Of a stretch of DNA of 64,000 bases, positions 53,118-61,865 are shown piece after piece. The stretch covers positions 244,396-308,395 of the forward strand of contig CAVXUP010000008.1 of assembly GCA_963765005.1 (NCBI GenBank), written 5' to 3'. The position numbers and the translations under genes were made by a program. Each line of letters begins with the position of its first letter. The stretch's first letter is position 1. A model generated the notes under the pieces. That model was not told the origin of the DNA and made no database searches. It worked only from the letters and a program-made list of their open reading frames with translations. The DNA is from an uncultured Bacteroidales bacterium. Its GTDB lineage: Bacteria > Bacteroidota > Bacteroidia > Bacteroidales > VadinHA17.

Positions 53118-53798
53118 ATGAATATCTGGATAATTTTTATAGGTTTTATGATCCTCAGCTGGATCGTAAGCGCAGTACTGAAATCGAAATTCAAAAAATA
53201 TTCCAAAGTAGCCGTTGACAATGGGATGTCGGGACGGGAAGTTGCTGAGAGGATGCTGCGCGATTATGGGATCTTCGACGTTAAGGTGGTAAGCGTTGAG
53301 GGACATCTGAGCGACCATTATAATCCGCTTAACAAAACTGTGAATCTTAGTCCCGAGGTTTATAGCGGACGAAGCATTTCTGCGGCGGCAGTAGCTGCAC
53401 ATGAGTGCGGCCATGCTGTTCAGCACTCAACAGCCTACGCCTGGCTTAATTTCCGTTCGAAGCTTGTCCCGGCAGTAAGCTTTTCATCAAAGTGGGTTCA
53501 ATGGATCCTGCTTGCAGGAATTCTTCTTGTAAATACTTTCCCGGCGCTCCTGCTTGCAGGGATAGTGCTCTTTGCGCTGACAACTTTTTTCAGCTTTGTA
53601 ACTCTCCCTGTTGAGATAAATGCAAGCCAGCGTGCTCTTGCCTGGCTGTCAAATGCCGGCATAACCTCGTATCAGAATCACGACATGGCACAGGATGCCC
53701 TTAAATGGGCTGCTTATACCTATGTCGTTGCTGCTCTTGGTTCACTGGCAACTTTGCTCTACTATATCATGATCTTCACAGGGGCAAGCAGGGACTAA
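53118..53798 (+). CDS. YugP-like membrane zinc metallopeptidase
   Basis: LSDHYNP, AAHECGHAVQ, TLPVE.NAS.RA. Confidence 0.93.
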   Translation: MNIWIIFIGFMILSWIVSAVLKSKFKKYSKVAVDNGMSGREVAERMLRDYGIFDVKVVSVEGHLSDHYNPLNKTVNLSPEVYSGRSISAAAVAAHECGHAVQHSTAYAWLNFRSKLVPAVSFSSKWVQWILLAGILLVNTFPALLLAGIVLFALTTFFSFVTLPVEINASQRALAWLSNAGITSYQNHDMAQDALKWAAYTYVVAALGSLATLLYYIMIFTGASRD

Positions 53799-54532
53799 CG
53801 CCCTTCCACCTCAAGCCACGCAGTTTTCTTGTGGATAGTCCGTACAATAATCCATATCAGCAGTGCTGCTGCTGATATGTATACCCACATCATTGTCAGG
53901 TATATCCGCTCCGAAAGAAAATAGTTCCTGAACAGGTCCACAAGTGTAAATATCACAAAGATGTTTACAAAACTGTTATATTCCCTTTTAAGTACATTAA
54001 GAAGGGAAAATGGAATGGAGGGAGGAATGAATTTGAATGTAAACGGGATGAAAGGACGTACATTTTCTGCCCATTTGTCGTAGATCTCTCCGAATTTTTT
54101 TCTCAGAAACTGCTCTTCCGCAAACATTATGCGTTCATAATAAAGCCAGTAGAAAAGGCAGAACACTATTATAAACCAAATAGAACGAATAAAGAGTACG
54201 GGGCCAAGCCACATGAAGAAATTTCCGAGATAAAGAGGATGCCGTATCAGGGAATAAACACCTGTTGTGTTCAGAACGTCAGCTATCTGGCCATTCACTG
54301 TGTTCCGTCCCGAGGTGTTTTTCGGAGCAAATCCAACTGTCACTATCCGTATAATCTGGCCGAAAATGCTTACCCCCAGAAAGATAAGCTCGTCACGCAT
54401 ATCGAAGATTATTGCCTGTCTGTTCCCAAGGTACATGGCCAATAAACCCGGGATAATAATAAATACAGGGAGCCAGCTTCTTCTTTTGAACAACCAGTTC
54501 CCGCTTTTTTCAAACTCGTGTACAAGGGACAT
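53795..54532 (-). CDS. ICMT-family methyltransferase, LmtA-like (lipid A phosphate O-methyltransferase)
   Basis: EFEKSGNWLF..RS, TSGRNT, G.YS..RHPLYLGN, YERI..AEE.FL, REY. Confidence 0.75.
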   Translation of the reverse strand: MSLVHEFEKSGNWLFKRRSWLPVFIIIPGLLAMYLGNRQAIIFDMRDELIFLGVSIFGQIIRIVTVGFAPKNTSGRNTVNGQIADVLNTTGVYSLIRHPLYLGNFFMWLGPVLFIRSIWFIIVFCLFYWLYYERIMFAEEQFLRKKFGEIYDKWAENVRPFIPFTFKFIPPSIPFSLLNVLKREYNSFVNIFVIFTLVDLFRNYFLSERIYLTMMWVYISAAALLIWIIVRTIHKKTAWLEVEGR

Positions 54533-54570
54533 TTTTTGTCAGTTAATGAAGTGACAAAAGTATTAAAATT

Positions 54571-55722
54571 TCAGAAACTGAATTTCACTCTTAAAAATCC
54601 GAGGTTAATTCTTGAGATTTCGTTTGAAATATCGCTGTAAAAATGCTGCCAGAAGAGCGAGAGATCAACATTCTGCGCTATAGACCAGTCAACAGAAGCC
54701 CCGGTAAAATAACCATTCATATCCGGAAAGATCATTCCAGAGAGACTCAGGTTCAGGAGTGGAGTAACAGGATATGAAACAAGTCCGAATGCCGAAAATT
54801 TCGAAAATGCCAGATCCTTTGTTGATATCGTTCCGTAGTACAAAGAGCCGAAACTGTCAAGGTCTGCAGGATTATTGCAATACATCGCCTGCACCTGAAC
54901 CATTGCGTTATTTGTGAAAGCCTTGTCAAACCCGATTGTAAACAGTCCGGTGCCTGAAGTGTCGCCAAAATTCCTTGCCGGCTGGAACCATGAAGCCTCA
55001 CCCCGGAATGATACGGAACCGAAAGCTCCTGACCAGCCGAAGCCGGCAACAAAATCTTCGCTGTTAACATACCCTCCAAGGAATTGAATATCATAGCCCC
55101 ATTTGTTGAAACGATATAATGCGGCGGCTGTAACATTGTCTTCAAAGTCAGCCTTGACAGCGACTTCAAAGGCTGAAGAATATCCGGTATAATACTGAAA
55201 CCTTACAGCATCACTGCCCGGCCGCTCAGGATAATCAAAATCAAAATAAGAGTATGCATTGAAGATATCATTCGGATTCCATACAAGTGTTTGTCCCCAG
55301 TTGATCCTCTGCCTTCCTGCCCTGACCTGCACTTTTCCATAGTTGAAATCGGCCCAGAGTCTGTCAATTGTCGTATTAAGGAAGAATGATTGCTCATTGA
55401 CTATATTCCACGACATATCCAGATAGCCCTGATCACTGCCGATTGATTCGGAATAGGAGGGTCCGCTTCTGACCATATCCCCTGTAAAAAGCCGGTTTCT
55501 TAATTCTGCTGCAAAGGTAATATGGCTATTGAAGTATCCTTTCAGATTAAGCCGGTTATGTATAAGGTTATCAATGATAAATGGCCCGGAAAGAGAGTCG
55601 TACATAACACTCTGCATGGTGTTGAGGTAGCCGCTTACAGTCACAGGCTTATCCTTTTCCTGTGCCACCGCAGACCAGAAGCAGAAAATTGAAATTGAAA
55701 TTATGATGACTCCTCTTATCAT
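54571..55722 (-). CDS. Hypothetical outer-membrane beta-barrel protein
   Basis: Signal peptide, IDRL, GRQRINWG...WNPND, ERPGSDA, C-terminal K.SF. Confidence 0.8.
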   Translation of the reverse strand: MIRGVIIISISIFCFWSAVAQEKDKPVTVSGYLNTMQSVMYDSLSGPFIIDNLIHNRLNLKGYFNSHITFAAELRNRLFTGDMVRSGPSYSESIGSDQGYLDMSWNIVNEQSFFLNTTIDRLWADFNYGKVQVRAGRQRINWGQTLVWNPNDIFNAYSYFDFDYPERPGSDAVRFQYYTGYSSAFEVAVKADFEDNVTAAALYRFNKWGYDIQFLGGYVNSEDFVAGFGWSGAFGSVSFRGEASWFQPARNFGDTSGTGLFTIGFDKAFTNNAMVQVQAMYCNNPADLDSFGSLYYGTISTKDLAFSKFSAFGLVSYPVTPLLNLSLSGMIFPDMNGYFTGASVDWSIAQNVDLSLFWQHFYSDISNEISRINLGFLRVKFSF

Positions 55723-55759
55723 ATTAGTTTGTTGATGTTTGCATATCCTCATATGTTTC

Positions 55760-55902
55760 AAGACCGAAGACCGAAGTCCGAAGACCGAAGTCCGAAATCC
55801 GAAGTCTTGAGTGTATTTGCGCCGGGTATAAGGTTCTTTGTCCCTTGCCCATAGCCCCATGCTCTCTTTCCTTCCGTCTTCGGTCTTCCGACTTCTGTCT
55901 TT
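55760..55902. repeat. Inverted pair of heptamer tracts (AGACCGA)n ... (TCGGTCT)n
   Basis: agaccgaagaccgaagtccgaagaccgaag ... cttccgtcttcggtcttccgact. Confidence 0.8.
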
Positions 55903-55910
55903 TTAAAAGA

Positions 55911-56597
55911 CTATTCTCTTACATCGTCTGATACAACCTTGCCATCTTCGAGAGTTATAACTCTGTGAGCCATTTTAACTACGCGTGCGTCATGTGTAGA
56001 GAAGATGAAGGTAATTTTCTCCTCATGATTCAACTTTTCCATTATTTCGAGCAGAGTAGCAGCAGACTTTGAATCGAGATTCGCGGTTGGTTCGTCGGCC
56101 AGGACAAATTTTGGCCTGGAGGCCAGTGCCCTGGCAACAGCTACCCTCTGCTGCTGACCTCCCGACATTTTCGAGGGGCGGCTATTCATTCTGTCGCCCA
56201 GTCCGACAGCCTTAAGAAGTTCAAAAGTTCTTTCATCCCTGTCCTTTCGCGACCATTTCTGGAGCATCATTATAAACTCGACATTTTCTTTGGCAGTAAG
56301 CACCGGGATCAGATTATAAGCCTGGAAAACAAATCCGATATTCCTCATCCTGAAATCAATCAGCTGTGAGGATTTTAGTGTTGCAAGGTTGGTTCCGTCG
56401 ATAATTATCTCACCGGAAGTGGGCATATCGAGACCGCCTATCAGGTTCAATAATGTCGTTTTGCCTGATCCGGAAGGTCCGACGATTGCAGCGAATTCAG
56501 CCTCACAGAAATCAAGGGTAACTCCATCAACGGCATTAACTTTAATCTCAGAGCTATTATAGATCTTATGGACATCTTTCAATTCAAGTATTTTCAT
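55911..56597 (-). CDS. ABC transporter ATP-binding protein (LolD/MacB type)
   Basis: GPSGSGKT, MSGGQQQRV, ADEPTANLD, STHD. Confidence 0.96.
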   Translation of the reverse strand: MKILELKDVHKIYNSSEIKVNAVDGVTLDFCEAEFAAIVGPSGSGKTTLLNLIGGLDMPTSGEIIIDGTNLATLKSSQLIDFRMRNIGFVFQAYNLIPVLTAKENVEFIMMLQKWSRKDRDERTFELLKAVGLGDRMNSRPSKMSGGQQQRVAVARALASRPKFVLADEPTANLDSKSAATLLEIMEKLNHEEKITFIFSTHDARVVKMAHRVITLEDGKVVSDDVRE

Positions 56598-56622
56598 GAC
56601 AGGTTGTTTTATATGATAAGTT

Positions 56623-58051
56623 TTATTCTGTTCGTATTGCTTCAACAGGATTAAGCCTGAGCGCTTTCATTGCCGGATAGACTGATGAAAGAATACCGGT
56701 GAAAATAATGAGGACCGTAACCATTATAAAAAATCCGAATGATATCTCCGGAAACAGGTGGGCAGAATAGCCGAATGCCTCAAGTCCCTCAGCATATTTT
56801 AAAAAATTGATCCCATTCCTTGCTGTTAAAAGAATAACAATCCATCCTGTGAACATTCCAGCGATCCCTCCGATAATTGACAGGAATACCGATTCGAGCA
56901 TTATCATCGAAAACACCTTCCTTTTATTCATCCCGATTGCGGTAAGCATGCCCAGCTCTTTGGTGCGCTCGAGTACAACCATCAGCATAGTGTTGACTAT
57001 ACCAAAGGCCAGAGCTGCAAGGATTATCCCCATAAAAAGAGCATAGATCTGGTGCACATAATCGGTAAGCATTGCAAGATCAGGCTGGATCTCTTTCCAG
57101 TTCAGAACTTCTTTGCCGGGCAGTTTATTCCTTATGGCTGTAGTAATCTCTTCTGTATTGGTCAAATCATCAATACGTACCAAGATCTGGTGGAATTCGT
57201 TTGAATCGATGGCAGCCAGCCTTTTAAGGTCTGAGTTTCTCACGAATACCTGGTTTGCCTCAACCATTGAGTTCGTTATATCATAAATACCGCTTATCCT
57301 GAACCGTGCGCCAACCTGGTTATTGTACCTGTCAAGAAAGGTAATAGTCAGTCTCGATCCTTCACGGAACGACCAGGCCTCCTTTTTGATTATCCGGCCA
57401 TATTTGCCAATCTCCTTTTTTGTAAGGATTAAGTTGAGTTGCTTGTTGAATTTTTTTTCCGCGTTGAACCTGACTCCGGAAATAGTACTGATTTTAAGTA
57501 TTGTTTCTTCCGGCAGACCCTGTTTTTTAAGGCTTTCAAGCACGGTACTGTCGACTGCAAACCTGATTATGTTCAGGTCTTTGGCAAGGTCCTGACCAAT
57601 AAGGGCAAGATCCTGCCTGGACTCATCCTCAAAATAGTTGCCTGTCTGCGGCATGACAGCCTTGTACAGATCAAGTATCTTCTTCTCCTCCCGGGGATCA
57701 ATTCCGATTATCGTGACTCCTGTGCTCTTTGTTGCTGTGCTTGCCATTCCGCCAATGATAGTTCTTTTTGCAAGTCCCGAAACCCCTTTAATGCCGGCGA
57801 CTGAATCACTCACACTTCCGGCATCTGGTTAAAAGCAGATCAGGGTCATTGTTCAGCCGGAATCCTGCAGCTGTGACCTGAACATGAGAGATCTCCTCAT
57901 TAAGAGCAGCACCGACACGCTGGGCAATCATTCCATTCATTATGGCCACGGCGAAGACAGCAGCAAATACCCCGATTGTGACCGAGGCAATCACCACAAG
58001 GCTCCGGACGCGGTTCCGCCAAACATTTTTCCAGGCAGTTTTCCAGATCAT
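56623..58051 (-). pseudogene. LolC/E-FtsX-type ABC permease split by a +1 frameshift at about 57827; probably an assembly error
   Basis: AWKNVWRN..RS N-terminus (58051) joins the 57813 frame (DLLLT-DAGSVSDS) if one base is removed; ERTKELGML.AIG. Confidence 0.8.
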
Positions 58052-58055
58052 AGCA

Positions 58056-59468
58056 TCAGGCCTTTAAAGAATTTACTACTTCAATTTTCAAAATCTTCCT
58101 CAACGGATAGATTATAGCTATCATTATAATTATTGCAACAACCACAGATTGCCATAGAAAATAAGTATCAACGGGCAAAAAGGGCATAACCGGCTCCATT
58201 CCATAATCCTCATACATCTTGGCCATTTCACCTGAAAACCTTATTGGATGGTAGAATCCGTATATGATTACAGGTAAAGCCCCGGCAACGCCTGAGGCAA
58301 TTCCCATAAACCCTATATAGAACATCTCTATCGCAATCACTGAGGCCAGCTTCCCTTTCTGCATCCCTAATGCAACAAGCACCCCGAACTCTCTTCGCCT
58401 CTCAGCTGTCATCATCAGAACAGTGCCGAAGATTCCGAAAGCGATCACCAGGTAAAGAATTCCGATCATTATCATTCCGCTCCTGCTATCAGCTTCCATC
58501 TGGTTGATCATAAGCTCATTCATCTGGCGCCAGCCGATCACTCTCAGGGGAGGCTTAATTTCCGGTTTCAACTCAGTCATCATTTTCCCGATATCCCCGT
58601 CATCATTCTCCCTGACGCTGACAGCCAGAGAAGTAAGCATTCCGGGAGCGCTGAAAAGCTCCTGACAGATATCATAAGGGAGATAGACAATCTTATTGTC
58701 CAGATCGGGCGAGGGAATTTTCACAATACCTTCTACTCTGTAAATTCCTGCAGCTGTTGTACCGTGGTATCCCTGTCCAATTAACACAAGTGTGTCTCCC
58801 AGTGAGATGTTGAGATAAATTGCCAGCTTTTCACCAACAAGTGCCCCTGGCTTGCCTGCTTCTATATATCCGTTTCTGACAGATGCAGCTTTTCGTATCA
58901 GGGGCATTGTAACAGCTGAATCTTTTTCACCAATTCCAAGGTCAAGCATCAGGGATGCGTCGTTTGAGTAGGCATTGTTCCGGAACAGACTTGCATTTTT
59001 AGCTATCTCTTCCGGAACACCAATCGAAGAAAGCTCACTTATGGCTGAATCGGTTAAGCGGTATTTAAGCAGCTTTGATCTGACATCGGACAGATATTTC
59101 TCCTTTTCAGGATCAATGCCCATGACAAGAACTCCCTTTGTAAGATTTCCCGATGACGCCAGCGCGAAAGACTCAAAACGTGGAACTGTGGCAACTGCGT
59201 TGTCATTTTTCATTATTGATTTCTCCAGCTCAGCGGTATAGCTGAAAAGGTTATCGATGGTCTTGTTATCCCAGAAATCTTCGTGCTGGATCTGCACATA
59301 ACCTGTATATGACTCGATGACATTACTGAACATATGGTCGTAAGTCCCAAGCTGGAGTGACCGCATCACAAGGGCAAAAAAGACCGCAAAGAATACCGAA
59401 GCGACTGTGATCAGGGTTCTCCTTTTATTCCTCCAGAGATTACGCCAGGCTAACTTGTAGTTCTTCAT
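58056..59468 (-). CDS. LolC/E-FtsX-type ABC permease
   Basis: LAWRNLWRNKRRT, ERRREFGVL.ALG. Confidence 0.93.
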   Translation of the reverse strand: MKNYKLAWRNLWRNKRRTLITVASVFFAVFFALVMRSLQLGTYDHMFSNVIESYTGYVQIQHEDFWDNKTIDNLFSYTAELEKSIMKNDNAVATVPRFESFALASSGNLTKGVLVMGIDPEKEKYLSDVRSKLLKYRLTDSAISELSSIGVPEEIAKNASLFRNNAYSNDASLMLDLGIGEKDSAVTMPLIRKAASVRNGYIEAGKPGALVGEKLAIYLNISLGDTLVLIGQGYHGTTAAGIYRVEGIVKIPSPDLDNKIVYLPYDICQELFSAPGMLTSLAVSVRENDDGDIGKMMTELKPEIKPPLRVIGWRQMNELMINQMEADSRSGMIMIGILYLVIAFGIFGTVLMMTAERRREFGVLVALGMQKGKLASVIAIEMFYIGFMGIASGVAGALPVIIYGFYHPIRFSGEMAKMYEDYGMEPVMPFLPVDTYFLWQSVVVAIIIMIAIIYPLRKILKIEVVNSLKA

Positions 59469-59499
59469 AATGTAATTTGTTTACTATATTGACCGCAGA

Positions 59500-59607
59500 T
59501 GGAAGACCGAAGACCGGAGACCGGAGACCGAAGTCGGAAGCAAAAACATTCTCGTCCTCTCCCGTTCTCCCCCTTCTTTCTTCTGTCTTCTGTCTTCGGT
59601 CTTCCAA
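59500..59607. repeat. Inverted pair of heptamer tracts enclosing a C/T-rich octamer tract
   Basis: ggaagaccgaagaccggagaccggagaccgaagtcggaag ... ttctgtcttctgtcttcggtcttcc. Confidence 0.8.
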
Positions 59608-60372
59608 CTATCTTACATTCTTCATATTTTGCTGCGAAAAGAAGCTGTCTTCAATAGGGACATTGAATTTCATGTCTTTTATTACAACAACAGTTTTATT
59701 TCCCGGCTCATCGGCAGGAATCAGTTCCAGCCTCGTCTGGATCATTCTTCCATCCATTTTCTTAATATCGCTGCCCGTTTCAGTTCTCACAATAACGCCA
59801 TCCTCGTCAAAAAGCTCTGACTTGAGAACGAGAAATTCATTTTTATCGATCCATCTGGTCTGGGAGCCCCAGATAACTGCTGCATTTTCCTTCGCCGTCA
59901 TCTTAATTTTATAACAGCTCCGGGAATCTATAACTTCCTCTCCGATAATTTCATGTGTGTAATCATCAACAACCGAGGATTCTTTCAGTATATCATCATT
60001 TGTATAATCTGATCCCATCCAGCCCTGCGACATCATTGAGGGTGGAAGTTTAATAAGCCTGTTTATCGATGGGTTCCAGTTCCACATTTCCATTCCGCGC
60101 TTGAGGAAAGTCTGTCCTGCATCCCTTGCAGGAGCAGTTATCAGGGTAAGCGAATTGTCGCGGCCCTGTGTCCAGTTCCTGAAATCAACGCTACGCTGCC
60201 ATGAAGGCCGGATGATTGTCATTGACATCACCATTATGCTTGATTTCTCTCCATTGAATTTATCGTCTGCCATTTTCACTATCTCTTTTGCCGAAAGATC
60301 CTGGGCTGAAACAGCCGGACCTACTGTGAACAATGCCAGCAGCAAAAAGCCAGTCCCTTTAAATATTTTCAT
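59608..60372 (-). CDS. LolA-like outer-membrane lipoprotein-sorting protein
   Basis: Signal peptide, AP.RD.G..FLK, W.P...R..K, WMGSD.T..D, FFSQQN. Confidence 0.88.
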   Translation of the reverse strand: MKIFKGTGFLLLALFTVGPAVSAQDLSAKEIVKMADDKFNGEKSSIMVMSMTIIRPSWQRSVDFRNWTQGRDNSLTLITAPARDAGQTFLKRGMEMWNWNPSINRLIKLPPSMMSQGWMGSDYTNDDILKESSVVDDYTHEIIGEEVIDSRSCYKIKMTAKENAAVIWGSQTRWIDKNEFLVLKSELFDEDGVIVRTETGSDIKKMDGRMIQTRLELIPADEPGNKTVVVIKDMKFNVPIEDSFFSQQNMKNVR

Positions 60373-60379
60373 AATAATC

Positions 60380-61018
60380 TTATTTATAAAGCTCAATAAT
60401 TCTGTTGATTGTTTTTTCATAATACTGCTCGTTCTCACTATCCATGTAAATATAGGTTATGGCGAAACCTTTAAGTGAGATAATGAACATATTTAACTCA
60501 ACATCAGGGTCGTAATCTGCACCCATATGTTCTTTTTTTCTTACAAAATATTCCGTTGTTGTCTTAAGAATCCCTGACAGGAAGTGATCCTCCCCTGTTC
60601 CGGATGATGGTTCTGAAGCGGAAAAGTCTGAAAATGATTTTAAAAACTGTTCCCTGACTTCATTCTGCATGAGAAGCTGAAAGAAAAGGCGCCAGAATGC
60701 TTGTTTTTCCTTCAGTATTTTTGCAAATCTTCTTATAAAAAACTCAAATTCCTCTCCTGAGAGAAAACCATCCTTGTCTATATCAAAATGCTCATAAACT
60801 TCATGCACTGATTTTTTTATAATTGCATCGAGAAGAGCCTCCTTGCTCTCAAAATAGTTATACATCAGCCCCTTTGAAATCGCGGCATGCCTGGCAATAT
60901 GGTTTACAGTGGTAGCGTGATAACCCTCATTTGCAAAGTGATTTAGAGCCACTTCCATTATATGGGCTTTTTTTTCTTCCCTTATCTCCAGAAACTGTTT
61001 TGGGGTTCTCGGTGACAT
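60380..61018 (-). CDS. TetR/AcrR family transcriptional regulator
   Basis: FA..GY..TT...IA..A.ISKGLMYNYF.SKE. Confidence 0.95.
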   Translation of the reverse strand: MSPRTPKQFLEIREEKKAHIMEVALNHFANEGYHATTVNHIARHAAISKGLMYNYFESKEALLDAIIKKSVHEVYEHFDIDKDGFLSGEEFEFFIRRFAKILKEKQAFWRLFFQLLMQNEVREQFLKSFSDFSASEPSSGTGEDHFLSGILKTTTEYFVRKKEHMGADYDPDVELNMFIISLKGFAITYIYMDSENEQYYEKTINRIIELYK

Positions 61019-61078
61019 TGCATCATTCAGATTACAAGTGATTATTTTTTATTTCCCGAAAATTAACTCTAAGTATTT

Positions 61079-61103
61079 TTGACTGAACGCTTGGTCAAAG
61101 ATA
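61079..61103 (-). promoter_or_regulatory. Candidate TetR operator overlapping the TATCTTTG promoter
   Basis: Imperfect palindrome TTGACTGAACGCTTGGTCAA (61079-61098) overlaps the -7 element at 61096-61103. Confidence 0.6.
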
Positions 61104-61195
61104 AAACGAGAATTTTTAAAATGCAAGTTTTTTTAATATTTCTGCAGGGAACTCTCCAAATCATCCGTTTTTTAGAATAACTGTAACCCTCGAAT

Positions 61196-61634
61196 CTTCA
61201 AACAGGCCGCTGCTACGCAGCTCAATATGTGTAAGCAGCAGCTCTTTCGCTACAAACAGGTAGCCGCTATGCGGCTCAGAACCTTTAAGCAACGTACCTT
61301 TACTACAAACAGTTCGCCGCTACGCGGCTTAAAAATGTGTAAAAATGCCGCTTGCTACAAACAGGCCGCCGCAACGCGGCTCAGAAAACGGTATCGGCAT
61401 AACATTCCTACAAACAGGCCGCCGCAACGCGGCTCAGAAAACGGTATCGGCATAACATTCCTACAAACAGGCCGCCGCTATGCGGCTCAGAACTTGTGGA
61501 TACAATTTGCTACTGGCTATAAACAGGTCGCCGCTATGCGGCTAATATTGATTGAGTGCCATAGGAACGATCTGTTTGTAGAACCCGGATTGCCTCTCTA
61601 TAAAATGAGCCCCGAAGGAGCGGCCTCTTTTTAA
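61196..61634. repeat. Array of seven direct and two inverted 27-bp hairpin repeats (CTACAAACAGGCCGCCGCTACGCGGCT), period 52-56 bp
   Basis: Direct copies start at 61196, 61250, 61303, 61355, 61408, 61461 and 61517; inverted copies at 61555-61581 and 61608-61634. Confidence 0.92.
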
Positions 61635-61865
61635 ATATTATTTGCAATAAAATAAACATGGTTTAATGTCCGTTCTACAATACCTTAACCTCAGACTTGG
61701 AAATTTTTCATAGCAGAATATGACCTTCCGGATAACTATGATGCAACCTATGACAGGACATGAAGGTCTTCATACTTTGCAGATTTCAAATATTTGAAAA
61801 GAGGTACTGAAAATGTAAAGAAGAATTTTTTATCTTTAACCGGTTGAATCTAAAACAATTTTGTA

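Noticed and set aside
55723-55860. N-terminal extension of the barrel ORF (also ORFs 3051-3374 and 59477-59914)
   Set aside because: These translate heptamer repeats (FGLRSSV, RPKT) and are not plausible protein
61196-61543. Bona fide CRISPR array
   Set aside because: Repeats are heterogeneous, spacers are related or duplicated, inverted copies follow, and no cas genes are present; reported as a repeat array instead
61227-61634. 135-aa ORF
   Set aside because: It is only the translation of the repeat array; the 52-56 bp period does not preserve frame
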